This document shows, piece after piece, positions 10,091 through 20,432 of a DNA stretch of 64,000 bases. This DNA comes from an uncultured virus (IMG/VR IMGVR_UViG_3300021197_000608) (Duplodnaviria; Heunggongvirae; Uroviricota; Caudoviricetes), in the IMG/VR virus record IMGVR_UViG_3300021197_000608; one strand, given 5' to 3'. Both the position numbers and the translations under genes were made by a program. The notes below the pieces were generated by a model, which saw only the letters and a list, made by a program, of their open reading frames with translations, searched no databases and had not been told where the DNA came from. Numbering within the stretch: position 1 is the stretch's first letter; every line of letters starts with the position of its first letter.

Positions 10091-11524
10091 CTAGAAAATT
10101 ATCTCGCCAGGGTCTGCATCACCTCTTGGAATAAGTTCATCAGCTGAACTACCACCATCAGTATGAATAACACCCTTAGACGGATATTTGGTTTGAACTG
10201 TATCTCTTACACAATCCATAAGAATCTCATGTTTGTATAATCCTTCACCTCTTTTAAATGAGTGGTGCAATTTAGATACAAGGTATTTGCCTGTTAATGT
10301 CTGGTCATCCTCATCGTTGAGTTTATCTTTGATGACAACACCGATAAGATCACCAGCCTGTAGTGTAGTATTACCAGACACACTAAGTCTTAATGAAACA
10401 GCAGAGTTCAAAGAAGCAAAACGAGACTTTCTTCTTTGCAACCATTTGTCTGTTCCCATATAATCATATGTTTCTGTGTATGCTGGATTGAACAATCCAT
10501 CTGGAATATCTCTATCTATTGTTTGTAGATATACAGTTGCATCTGGATACTCTGTAATCTTCTTATTGTAGTCATCAAGTAACTCAGATACAGCAGGGCC
10601 CTTTTCAGAACCATATCTATTAAACTGGTCTACATGAACATCTCTATCAAAATCCTCTAGATAATCATAGTCGTATTCTTTGTAGTCTTTATTAAAAATA
10701 TCAAGTAGATATAGTTTGGATGCATACATTCCAGAACGTCTACTTGCCAGAGTATTTGTTGTCGAAACAACATCATAGTCTAAAATGTTCTGAAGTAGCA
10801 AATCTGGACGGCCCCTAATTTCTTCTTCATTTGCAGTAAGTTCACGATACACTAATCGTGGGTTCTTTCTGTCCATCATACTATCTAGAGTTCTGAAGAA
10901 GTATCCCTTTACAGTTTCATAGAATAGAAATGTTGGAGCATAGTCATATTCATTTGAAGTACAACGTCTTGCAAGAGCATTGATGAACTGAAAAGGTCGC
11001 ATATTAGGTGCAACTAATTTAAATTTGTTTGATGTCTCTTCATAGTAAAACTCCTTCTTTGAGTTTAACAATTCAGTGTCACGCAAAATATTTTTGATAA
11101 TTTCAGCTGATGGTTCACCGCTAAATGACTGAACCACTCTAATGTTATTGTTTCTCACTAATTCAGCTGTGGTGAATGATAAACTAAATGCAACTGTTTT
11201 GTCGTTAACATTTACTTTACTATTGATTTTATAAATGTACAGTGGTTGTTCTGTAAAGTTGATAACTATATTTCTGTCATCAGTGTCATCTACGTTTGGT
11301 GTTGATAGTTTGAGTTTTAGTTTTTCTTGTCCACATATACGAGCGTTACCAATAACATCATTTGTATCAGCAAATGATATATCACCAGAGATGGAGTTTT
11401 GAAAGATATCTTCGTAAATATCTACTGAAGCTACAAGGTCAATTAAGTCTAATTCTAAACCACCAACAGTAAGTAGTTTACATTCTTCAATAATATATTC
11501 ACCAGCATACTGTATATCTGCCAT
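10091..11524 (-). CDS. baseplate hub protein (gp27-like)
   Basis: IYEDIFQNSISG, FLFYET, GNTTLQAGD and TGKYLVSKLHH motifs; follows gp48-gp53. Confidence 0.6.
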   Translation of the reverse strand: MADIQYAGEYIIEECKLLTVGGLELDLIDLVASVDIYEDIFQNSISGDISFADTNDVIGNARICGQEKLKLKLSTPNVDDTDDRNIVINFTEQPLYIYKINSKVNVNDKTVAFSLSFTTAELVRNNNIRVVQSFSGEPSAEIIKNILRDTELLNSKKEFYYEETSNKFKLVAPNMRPFQFINALARRCTSNEYDYAPTFLFYETVKGYFFRTLDSMMDRKNPRLVYRELTANEEEIRGRPDLLLQNILDYDVVSTTNTLASRRSGMYASKLYLLDIFNKDYKEYDYDYLEDFDRDVHVDQFNRYGSEKGPAVSELLDDYNKKITEYPDATVYLQTIDRDIPDGLFNPAYTETYDYMGTDKWLQRRKSRFASLNSAVSLRLSVSGNTTLQAGDLIGVVIKDKLNDEDDQTLTGKYLVSKLHHSFKRGEGLYKHEILMDCVRDTVQTKYPSKGVIHTDGGSSADELIPRGDADPGEIIF

Positions 11525-11526
11525 TA

Positions 11527-12057
11527 TTAATTACCACGCAATCTAGATTTCAATTCCTGTTTTACTTGTCTTATAAATTCTGGTTTTAACAAACGAATTC
11601 TTCTTTTGACATTTTCTTTTCTTTCTTCATATTCATAATTAGTAACTATTACTGCATTTGCTGGTATGGTATTTGCTGGATCGTTTGGGATTTCAATAAC
11701 TTTTGTTGTGTCACCAGATGCCTGTGGTATTTCATAATGGTGAATATCATCAACATTATCATACTTTGCATGTACATAAGACTCAAACTGTTGTACTGCC
11801 ATTGGCCAACTATCATATACGTTTTGAATATCATTAGTTAGTAAAACAATCCAATGTAGTAGTGGATCACCATAAAATTCATTTGCAACAAATTCTGGAG
11901 TTTCACCAGATTTTACATCGTAAAAATCATAAGTGACATTGTTTCTTTTTACAATGTCATAAAATCTTACTCTTCTAGTAATATCTGTGACTAGTACTTG
12001 ATTAGCACCTTCGTGCATATCAACTTTTACTTTTGGGAAATTATTAAAGTATGACAT
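11527..12057 (-). CDS. 53: baseplate wedge protein gp53
   Basis: MSYFxxFP, LysM-like GETPE..A..YG..LHWIVLL, YEYE..NxxKRRIRLLKP. Confidence 0.85.
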   Translation of the reverse strand: MSYFNNFPKVKVDMHEGANQVLVTDITRRVRFYDIVKRNNVTYDFYDVKSGETPEFVANEFYGDPLLHWIVLLTNDIQNVYDSWPMAVQQFESYVHAKYDNVDDIHHYEIPQASGDTTKVIEIPNDPANTIPANAVIVTNYEYEERKENVKRRIRLLKPEFIRQVKQELKSRLRGN

Positions 12058-12058
12058 A

Positions 12059-12919
12059 TTAGAATCCTATCGCAACTTTTTCTTTTGTTACAATATCAAG
12101 TTCTTTAAATGATAAAGTTAATTGAGTTTCTACTGGTTGGTGGTCTTTAAAGAACTGTGGACGATCCCCACCAAATTTTACATCTACTCCTTCCAATGCA
12201 CACTCACCAATTCTGTGTAGGTGAACATTTGGATGGTATGTAATATTGAATGTAGATGGGATTACCATTGTTCTACCAGAACCAGAAGAACCTTCAAATT
12301 CAGGCATTGAGTGGTATCGAAATAGAGTGACAATCTCTTCTATTTCTCGTGCTTCATCTGATGTTTTTGGTAATAGTCTAAATGTGTATTGAAAAGAACG
12401 TCTATCAATACCCTCAAACTTCATCTCTGTTCTGTTATTTGTAATCTTACCATCAATAATTTGTGATGCAGCCAGAGCGCCTGGAGCAATTGTTGCTTCT
12501 AAAACATTACCAAGTGCTTTCTTACCTTCTTCGCCTGCATTATCCAACAATTTCTTTACTTCAAATCCTGCTCCTGAGATACCTTTAGCACCAGCTAACG
12601 CACCAGCAACTAGAAGTCCAATCTCTGCTTCACCATATGATGCTTTATGACTAAGTTCTATTTGAGATGGCATATACAAACAAATAGATGAACCAAGTTT
12701 TTTTGTTGGTGCTCTAGGAACAGACATAGTACTAAATTCATCTGATCTACCTAATGGTTCTGTAGAGTATGCAGTTGAACCAAATTGTATTTTAGATTTT
12801 TGCTGAACATTAATATCAAATTGCACCCAATACTGTGCTTGTTCTGATGTTAGATTAGATGGATACTTTAGGATAGGTTTACTAGCCTGTCCTGATGTTA
12901 AATTGTTTAATACTGCCAT
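12059..12919 (-). CDS. 48: baseplate tail tube cap gp48
   Basis: LKYP, LYMP, FEGIDRRSF.F.L.PK...E and LSFKE motifs. Confidence 0.85.
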   Translation of the reverse strand: MAVLNNLTSGQASKPILKYPSNLTSEQAQYWVQFDINVQQKSKIQFGSTAYSTEPLGRSDEFSTMSVPRAPTKKLGSSICLYMPSQIELSHKASYGEAEIGLLVAGALAGAKGISGAGFEVKKLLDNAGEEGKKALGNVLEATIAPGALAASQIIDGKITNNRTEMKFEGIDRRSFQYTFRLLPKTSDEAREIEEIVTLFRYHSMPEFEGSSGSGRTMVIPSTFNITYHPNVHLHRIGECALEGVDVKFGGDRPQFFKDHQPVETQLTLSFKELDIVTKEKVAIGF

Positions 12920-12947
12920 ATCTAAATAGTCCTATACATTGTGAAAG

Positions 12948-12955
12948 TATTTATA
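12948..12955 (-). promoter_or_regulatory. T4-type late promoter
   Basis: TATAAATA upstream of gp48; same octamer on the minus strand at 19268, 21386, 25749, 38214 and 58734. Confidence 0.75.
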
Positions 12956-12960
12956 TAGAC

Positions 12961-13392
12961 ATGGCATACAGAGGCAGATATATTCCATCTAAACCAAGAA
13001 AATATAAGGGTGATCCTGACAAAATTATTTATCGTAGTTTGTGGGAACGTAAGTTTATGGTTTACTGTGACAGAAATGACGCTATCCTTGAATGGGGCAG
13101 TGAAGAAATCATTATACCATATGTATCTCCCCTAGATGGTAGAAGACATCGTTACTTCCCAGATTTCTATGTAAAAGTTAAACAAAAAGACAATTCTATC
13201 AAAAAACTATTGATAGAAGTAAAACCTAAAGCACAATGCGGCCCACCCAAAACACCAAAACGTAAATCACCAAGATTTGTTCAAGAAGTTCGTACATGGG
13301 GTGTAAATAGAGCAAAGTGGGAAGCAGCGATAGAATGGTGCAACGATAGACAGATGGAATTTAAAATACTAACTGAAGACCATCTTGGATAA
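12961..13392 (+). CDS. 4: head completion nuclease gp4
   Basis: MAYRGRY..P.KYKGD, YRSLWE, HRYFPDF, IEVKP; start reassigned to 12961. Confidence 0.9.
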   Translation: MAYRGRYIPSKPRKYKGDPDKIIYRSLWERKFMVYCDRNDAILEWGSEEIIIPYVSPLDGRRHRYFPDFYVKVKQKDNSIKKLLIEVKPKAQCGPPKTPKRKSPRFVQEVRTWGVNRAKWEAAIEWCNDRQMEFKILTEDHLG

Positions 13393-13396
13393 TCTG

Positions 13397-13404
13397 TATA
13401 AATA
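13397..13404 (+). promoter_or_regulatory. T4-type late promoter
   Basis: TATAAATA immediately before gp2. Confidence 0.75.
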
Positions 13405-13409
13405 CATGT

Positions 13410-13988
13410 ATGGCACAGATAATTGAAAATATATTAGAAAAAACAGGAGGCAAGGAACGTAGTGTTCGTTGGTTTCGTGATAAGGTGCGTGAACTTGGTG
13501 AAGTTCCACCAGCTACACTTGTTCGTGAAGGAGTTGTAACTGGGCGTCCAACCTTTGGTACTATGAACTTTTTCATGTATGATCCTAAGAATAAGATGAA
13601 TGAGTCGGTGTTACCTTACTATGACAGGTTTCCATTAGTATTACCCATTGAACCATATAGAGATGGTTTTCTTGGATTAAACTTTCACTACCTTTCAATA
13701 CCTATGAGATTGAAACTATTGAATGTGGTACAGGAATATGCATCGAATGATAGGATGGATGAAACAACTAGAATTCGTTTAACATGGAATCGTATCAAAA
13801 GAAACCCAATGGTAAAACCTACAGTGAAGAGATATCTTGCAGATCATGTAAAAGGAACATTCCGTAGAATTGATGCAGAAGAAATGATGGTTGCAGTTTT
13901 GTTACCAGTGCAGAGGTTCGTAAGAGCGAGAGAAACACAAGTATATGCTGATTCAAGAAAAATAATTGGTCAGCCTAGGAGAACGTAA
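13410..13988 (+). CDS. 2: DNA end protector gp2
   Basis: YDPK..LPYYDRFPL, GLNFHYL, VKRYL. Confidence 0.9.
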   Translation: MAQIIENILEKTGGKERSVRWFRDKVRELGEVPPATLVREGVVTGRPTFGTMNFFMYDPKNKMNESVLPYYDRFPLVLPIEPYRDGFLGLNFHYLSIPMRLKLLNVVQEYASNDRMDETTRIRLTWNRIKRNPMVKPTVKRYLADHVKGTFRRIDAEEMMVAVLLPVQRFVRARETQVYADSRKIIGQPRRT

Positions 13989-14707
13989 TGGCAGCATTAG
14001 ATCAATTCATATCAAGTTTTAATAAGTACGGTGGGCCTGCACAACTTAATAAATTTGAGGTTGTAATACAATCACCCTTTGGAAGTGTTGACGATAGGCA
14101 TGTTTCATTTAGAGTTGAGGGTATAACTATGCCAGGCAAGAACATCCGTACTACAACAAATGAAAATATATATGGGCCAACACACGAAATGGCACAAGGA
14201 TTGACATATGCAGAAGAAGTCAACATGACGATTCTATTGTCAGCAACACATAGAGAAAAACATTACATACATTTGTGGATGGACTATATTGTTAAACCAA
14301 ATACATATGACTTAGAATATTATCAGGAATACATCCAACCAATCTTTATTTATCAACTTGGTAAAAATGGAGAAAAAATGTCTGGTTTGAAACTAAATGA
14401 GTGTTTTCCAAAAACTTTGGGCCCAATTCAATACTCACAAAATAGTGTTAACGAATTGGCAAAACAAGAAGTATCATTTTCATTTAAAGATTTAGAATTT
14501 GTGGATACTGCTGGAGATACAATATCACTTAGAGATTCAGATGCTGGTAGATTCCCTAGACAACAACAAGTGGTAAACTCACCAATTCCATATGATGACG
14601 CAATAATGAGAATCGCTAGAAACAAAGTACGAGAAGCATCTACTAGAATAGCAACGATTGATCCAATTCAATCAGCAATAAGTTTTTTAAGAAATGGCCC
14701 AAGATAA
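13988..14707 (+). CDS. tail tube initiator gp54 / gp19-like
   Basis: NKFEV, MPGK, Y..EY...I.IYQL, FP..GPI motifs; position after gp2. Confidence 0.7.
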   Translation: MAALDQFISSFNKYGGPAQLNKFEVVIQSPFGSVDDRHVSFRVEGITMPGKNIRTTTNENIYGPTHEMAQGLTYAEEVNMTILLSATHREKHYIHLWMDYIVKPNTYDLEYYQEYIQPIFIYQLGKNGEKMSGLKLNECFPKTLGPIQYSQNSVNELAKQEVSFSFKDLEFVDTAGDTISLRDSDAGRFPRQQQVVNSPIPYDDAIMRIARNKVREASTRIATIDPIQSAISFLRNGPR

Positions 14708-14733
14708 TTTTATAATGCAATAGGAGAAATATT

Positions 14734-15435
14734 ATGGCATTACCACAGCTCTCTACGAGCAAATATGAGTTGACGCTCCCTTCAACTGGACAAAAAGTTG
14801 AATACCGTCCGTTCCTTGTAAAAGAGGAAAAAACACTGATGATTGCCCAGCAAACAGGTAAAGAATCAGACATGATTAAAGCAGTACAAAATATTGTATC
14901 TGCATGTACATTTGAGGTAGTAAATTCAAAGAATATGCCTCTATTTGATTTAGAGTATGTTTTCTTACAGTTGAGATCAAAATCAGTTGGTGAGATTGCA
15001 AAACTAAAAGTCAAATGTCCTGATGATGGTGAAACTGAAGTAGAGGTAGATGTACCTCTTGAACAGATTTCATGTGTGAAAGAAGTAGGACACGATACAA
15101 AGATTGAACTAACTGACACAATCGGTATCATTATGAAATATCCTACAGTAGACATGATGATTGGTATAGACACAAAAGATGAAGCTTCTTCTACTTTTAA
15201 AATTATTAAAAGTTGTGTTGATCAAATATATGATGCAGATAATGTGTATGTGCGAAACGATATGGACGAAAAAGACTTGGACGATTTCATTGATTCTATG
15301 TCTCACGATCAGTTTGAAAAACTGAGTGAATTTTTTGATACTATGCCTAAAGTGAAATATCCTGTTAAGGTTAAAAACCCTAATACTGGTGTTGAAAGTG
15401 AAGTGGTATTACAAGGACTATCTGATTTTTTTTAG
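14734..15435 (+). CDS. 26: baseplate hub protein gp26
   Basis: MALP..YELTLPS..YRPFLVKEEK, LRSKSVGE, MKYP, GLSDFF. Confidence 0.9.
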   Translation: MALPQLSTSKYELTLPSTGQKVEYRPFLVKEEKTLMIAQQTGKESDMIKAVQNIVSACTFEVVNSKNMPLFDLEYVFLQLRSKSVGEIAKLKVKCPDDGETEVEVDVPLEQISCVKEVGHDTKIELTDTIGIIMKYPTVDMMIGIDTKDEASSTFKIIKSCVDQIYDADNVYVRNDMDEKDLDDFIDSMSHDQFEKLSEFFDTMPKVKYPVKVKNPNTGVESEVVLQGLSDFF

Positions 15436-15626
15436 TAGCCCTTTCCCACAATAGTCTGGAAAACTACTATCAACTAAATTTTCAGATGATGCAACATCAC
15501 AAGTACTCCTTAACAGAACTTGAAGAAATGATGCCGTGGGAAAGGGAAATATATGTTTCTTTGCTCCTACAATATCTTGATGATGAAAAAACAAGAGAAA
15601 GACAGCGAGCGGCTGATAATAAATAG
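15426..15626 (+). CDS. 51: gp51-like baseplate hub assembly domain in the -1 frame (not in ORF track)
   Basis: SLENYYQLNFQMMQHHKYSLTELEEMMPWEREIY; first ATG at 15486 lacks an SD; T8 run at 15426-15433. Confidence 0.75.
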   Translation, partial: FFLVALSHNSLENYYQLNFQMMQHHKYSLTELEEMMPWEREIYVSLLLQYLDDEKTRERQRAADNK

Positions 15627-15640
15627 TTAAGGAGAGAACT

Positions 15641-15982
15641 ATGGCAGAGAAAAAGACAGTAACCGTAGACCCAGAGGTCGTAGAAAAAATTGATACTAAT
15701 GGTGATGGACACATTTCACATGAAGAAATGGAGATGAATTTGGAATTTAAAAGAAAAGAACTAGAAGACGCTGATGCTCGTAGAGATGCAATGCGTCAAA
15801 TGGCGTGGTTTGCCCTTTGGGGTATGTTATTATATCCGTTTGCAGTAGTAATTGCAAATTGGATTGGATTAGACCAAGCATCAAAGATTTTAGGTGACAT
15901 GGCGGCAACATATTTTGTTTCAGTTGCGGCAATAGTTGCAGCTTTCTTTGCTGGTAACGCATACGCAGATAAAAAGAAGTAA
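15641..15982 (+). CDS. two-TM membrane protein with an EF-hand loop
   Basis: DTNGDGHISHEE canonical loop; two hydrophobic segments; AAGGAGAG SD. Confidence 0.7.
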   Translation: MAEKKTVTVDPEVVEKIDTNGDGHISHEEMEMNLEFKRKELEDADARRDAMRQMAWFALWGMLLYPFAVVIANWIGLDQASKILGDMAATYFVSVAAIVAAFFAGNAYADKKK

Positions 15983-15988
15983 AATAAA

Positions 15989-18091
15989 ATGGCAGATTTC
16001 AGTAAAGTCGTAGAAGAATTAAAAGTCCAAACAACTGCTTTGAACAAACTTGCTGGTATAGTTGATACCCAGCAAGATGAAATTAAAAAGCAAGGTAAGG
16101 ATGCCCGTAGAGTTGCAGCTGGACAAAAAGCATATCAGACTCGAATGGATAATGCTGCGAAAAATACTGATGCTGGTGAAGTAGAAGATCAAAATCAAAG
16201 AGAAAAGTCTCAAAGTAAACTACTTAATGCAATATTAAAAACCAAAGATGGTATCATGGGTGTGGGTAGTACTCTTGGTAATTTTGCTAAAGATAAGGGT
16301 AAGGAACTAGGTGGTAATATTTTTGGTACACTCAAGAAACTTGCTTTTGGTGCAGCCGTAGGCGCTCTCCTAGTTTTCTTGAATAGTGAGTATTGGGAAA
16401 AGACTAAAGTACTCTTATCAGATAAAATTGTACCAGCCGTTAAAACATTATACGACACATACTTAAGCCCATTTTTTACTTCTATTGGAAATGTTTCAAA
16501 AAACTTTAAAAATATGTTGGAAGACCCTTCATGGGAGAATCTTACAGCTTTCTTTGGTAGTGCTGGTTCAATCGTACTTGCTATTGGTGCAGTTTCACTA
16601 TTACTTGCACCACTAAAAACTCTCAAATTCTTAAAATCAGCAGTTACATTACTTGGAACTGCATTTTCAAAGAGTGGTGGGCTTGTAACTTCCTTAACAG
16701 CACAAACTACTAAATTGGGTGGAAGTAAATTCGTACAAGGACTTAAAGATGGTATAGGTGGATTAGCTAAAGGATTAACTAAATTAGGTGGTAATCTAAA
16801 AGGTATGGTAGGAACTGGTGTAAAAGCAGCACCAGGCGCAATTGTAAAAGGTGGAACAAAAGTTGCATCAGTTGCTGGTACAGCTCTTAAAGGTGCAGCG
16901 GTAGCGGCAAAAGGTGCGTTGAGATTTGCAGGCCCAATTGGACTTATTGCAACTGCGGCTTTTGGTATATTTGATGGTGTTAAGGCAGGACTAGATGAAG
17001 CAAAAAATGAGACTTCAACTGCTGGTTCTATTGTAAAGGCGAGTGTGTCTGGACTTCTATCTGGACTAACATTTGGACTTGTAGAACAAAAGACAATCTC
17101 TGATGGTATTACAAAAATCAGTACTGGCATCACAGATGCATGGAACACATCAAAAACTGCAATCTCTAATGGTGCTTCATTACTTGCTACGAAAACAACA
17201 TCAGCATTTAATACTGCAAAAACAGCATTTAATGATGGATTTGATTCCGTCAAGGCTGGTATTAATAAAGTAGTAACAGATCCAGAAGGTGCATTCAACG
17301 CTGCAACTGCTAAGATAACTGAACTTACTGGTATTGCACTACCAGACTTTACAGATGTTAAAACTGGTATTACAAATTTAGGTACTAGTATCTCAAACAG
17401 AGCTTCTGATATCAAGAATAAATTTACAGAATTTACTGGTATTGAAATTCCAACATTTACAATTCCAACACTACCAGATCTAAAAGACAAAGCAGCTGGA
17501 TTGTTTGATGATCTGAAATCTCTTGAACTTCCAAAGGTAACACTACCAACACTACCAGATTTGAAAGAAAAATTCAAAGGTATTTGGGATAGTCTTTCTA
17601 TTCCAAAAATATCATTCCCTGATTTTTCAGATTTAAATCCATTTGCAAACTTATCAGAAAGACTAAAAGAATCTAAAGCATTTGATATAATGAACTTCTC
17701 TATTTTTGGTAAAGAATTTGGATTGGGTGAAAAACTTAAAGGTGGATTGATAAGTCTATTTGGTTCAGATGCACCAGAAGCTAGAGAGAAGGGTGGCCCA
17801 ATTGAAAGAGGTGAGGATTATGTTGTTGGTGAAGCAGGGCCAGAGTTATTCCTACCTAGAGGGTCAGGATATATCATACCAAATAATACAATGGCTGCAT
17901 TGAGAACTGGTGCAGTTGCACAGGGTTCTGTAAAAGATGATTCAAGAACATCGTCATCACCGATTGTTATAAATGCTCCGACAACAAATAACAATATAAG
18001 AAGTGGTGGTGGAGGTCGAGGTGGACTTATTCCAATGCAAGTCGGAGATAATGATCCAACACTCAGAGCAATCGCAGCAAATACATTCTAA
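15989..18091 (+). CDS. tape-measure-like tail protein
   Basis: 700 aa Ala/Gly-rich helical protein with amphipathic repeats; C-terminal GGP...YVVGEAGPELFLP motif. Confidence 0.65.
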   Translation: MADFSKVVEELKVQTTALNKLAGIVDTQQDEIKKQGKDARRVAAGQKAYQTRMDNAAKNTDAGEVEDQNQREKSQSKLLNAILKTKDGIMGVGSTLGNFAKDKGKELGGNIFGTLKKLAFGAAVGALLVFLNSEYWEKTKVLLSDKIVPAVKTLYDTYLSPFFTSIGNVSKNFKNMLEDPSWENLTAFFGSAGSIVLAIGAVSLLLAPLKTLKFLKSAVTLLGTAFSKSGGLVTSLTAQTTKLGGSKFVQGLKDGIGGLAKGLTKLGGNLKGMVGTGVKAAPGAIVKGGTKVASVAGTALKGAAVAAKGALRFAGPIGLIATAAFGIFDGVKAGLDEAKNETSTAGSIVKASVSGLLSGLTFGLVEQKTISDGITKISTGITDAWNTSKTAISNGASLLATKTTSAFNTAKTAFNDGFDSVKAGINKVVTDPEGAFNAATAKITELTGIALPDFTDVKTGITNLGTSISNRASDIKNKFTEFTGIEIPTFTIPTLPDLKDKAAGLFDDLKSLELPKVTLPTLPDLKEKFKGIWDSLSIPKISFPDFSDLNPFANLSERLKESKAFDIMNFSIFGKEFGLGEKLKGGLISLFGSDAPEAREKGGPIERGEDYVVGEAGPELFLPRGSGYIIPNNTMAALRTGAVAQGSVKDDSRTSSSPIVINAPTTNNNIRSGGGGRGGLIPMQVGDNDPTLRAIAANTF

Positions 18092-20249
18092 CGCTTATCT
18101 GATGGTACTATAAGACGCCATCTATCTCTATCAGGGTCTTCAATATACAATTTCTTTGGACATTGATATTGTGGGGCAGTGTAGGAAGATTCTTTAATCT
18201 GTTTCTGACACCTATATTCACACAGTCGATCTCTCTGTCCAAATTCTTCTACAATGGATTGTTTGAAAAGATAACATGTCAGCATAAACTCAATCATTAG
18301 TGATCATATACCGTTCTTCTATTAGGGTCAATATAAACTGGTTTGCAGTAGGCAGTTATTCTATGTTCTGGTGGCACAAGGTACTTTGAGCCATAATTAC
18401 CATATTGCCTTGGTATGCGTCTTGCATAGTACTGACAAACATCTATACTTCTAAAATACATTGGACTAGGTTGTTGTTTGGCTTCTTCGCCTGCTCCCAT
18501 AACAACAACTAACATAAATGCATGTATCATGCTTTATGCCTTTCTGCTTCCCATTCCGCCTGTTCTATACGAAGCTTGATGTGTTTACATCTAGTTTCTA
18601 AATCTGTTTCTGGTATATGGGGGGTTTTATATGTTTGTTCGTCCATCCAAAAAGCCATGCATAATATTGCTACCATGTAGATTAGACATATAACCGAAAC
18701 AATAATTCCAACTGACACGATTCATCTCGCTTCCATAATTAACCAGAGTAATCCAATTCCACAGCCTGCAATAAGAAGAACTAAACCAATTACAGCAATA
18801 ATTTCTATTATTGCTTTTTGACGTTCTTTCTGATCGTATATTGCTTGTTGTCTCTTTTTTCTAATATCTGCTTCTGTTGTCAAAAGTTCTTGCCAAGCAG
18901 AAAGTCCTCTAGTATGTGTAATGAGTTGTCTAAGTTCATCACGCATGTCCTCTGCTTTCTTTTTTGCCATGAAAGCTTGCATAGCTTCTTCTTCTACAGA
19001 ACCAGCTGCAAATATCTTTTTAAACAGTGGTGGTTTCTGAGCATATTCATCTGCCTTCTTGAGGTCAGACATTGCACCCATCCAGCGTCCAAGATCCTTA
19101 CCCATAGTTTCGACATCTCGACCAACACTAAAACCTTTTTTAATTAAATTAAAAGCGCTCGTTGCCGTTGCAAGAGCTGTTATTGGATCTACCATTCGTT
19201 ATTTGCACCTTTCAGGGTTATTGCAAATGATAAAACAATAATATTAATCTCGTTCAACTCACATTAGTATTTATACGATATGATGAACTTTGTTTAGTTA
19301 ATTGAACGGTTTTAGTTCAGATGGTGCAACATCTACAAACCTAACTATACTATTAATGTCGTTGACTTCAACGTCTAGTTTTTTACACGCAAGTCTCATT
19401 GAACCAGCATATTCGTTTTGTGTAGGCCCTTTAATGTTACGTTCAATTGTGCGTTTTGCTTTAAGACATTCACTTAAACCATCTCTCACTGTGTATTCTT
19501 TAAGTTCCATTGGACTACCAAAGAACATCAATAATACGATTGCTCCCTCTATAACCATGACTTATCCTCCAAGACTTTCTGTAACGCTTTTAGATTTCAC
19601 TTGCGGTTCTTCGTCTGTATCTAACAAACGAACAATATAGTCATTACCATCTGCATCCTTACCTACTTCTACTAGTCTCTTTTGACAAGTATATCTGTAA
19701 GGTTCAGTTCCTTCGTGCGTTTTTTCTGCTATTCTTTTCTGTTTCAAACAATCTACCATTTTGTGGTATCCAACGTGGGAAGCCACCTCACCATTAACAT
19801 ATAACAAAAGAGTGATACATACCATCTCTATCATATCAGTGTCCGTTCTTTAATTCTAGCTGGGAGTCTTTGATTTTCTCAATTGCTTCTTCCAACTGGT
19901 TAATTCTTTTCTCGTAAAATTCCATAGTCAATTTTTGTTGTTGGTCAAACGGTGCTTGACCAGTTTCAATTTCTGTAGTTAATTTTTCAAGTTCGCCTGC
20001 AATATGTTCAATCAACATGAACTGTTCGCTATCTGCTGGAAGAGAACCCATCTCTCCTCTCGGCCATTTAATACGAAATTCTGTATTCATAGTAACATCA
20101 TTTTGTTGCATATGTTGTTGAGTTTCTATTTGATTTAACCGTTCAACAATACCAAAGTAAGCCCATGTTGCAACAGAAGCACCAGCGATCATTGAAAGGA
20201 TATTTCTTAATGGTAACGCAACTTCTGTGTTATCGCTAATCTTAGCCAT
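18088..20249 (-). other. cluster of 7 small membrane/secreted late proteins
   Basis: ORFs 18088-18297, 18297-18530, 18527-18718, 18722-19195, 19298-19558, 19562-19834 and 19836-20249; tightly packed, hydrophobic; TATAAATA at 19268. Confidence 0.7.
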
Positions 20250-20310
20250 CTTCTTCTCCTAATATATTTATGTCGAGTCAAAGTTTTGACAACAACAATA
20301 ATATGACAAG

Positions 20311-20345
20311 AAAAAGAGGACAGAAATTTGACTCCCTGTCCTCTC
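20311..20345 (-). terminator. intrinsic terminator after gp32
   Basis: AGAGGACAG...CTGTCCTCT stem followed by a U-tract. Confidence 0.65.
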
Positions 20346-20432
20346 CTCTTCTCTTTAGTATTTAGTAGTCTTTTTAGGCGGTGTTACGATACCGTTACGG
20401 AACTTGCTGCGCCAAGGACTGTACTACTACAC

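Noticed and set aside
16210..17577. 455 aa minus-strand ORF
   Set aside because: Shadow ORF of the Ala/Gly-rich tape-measure-like gene
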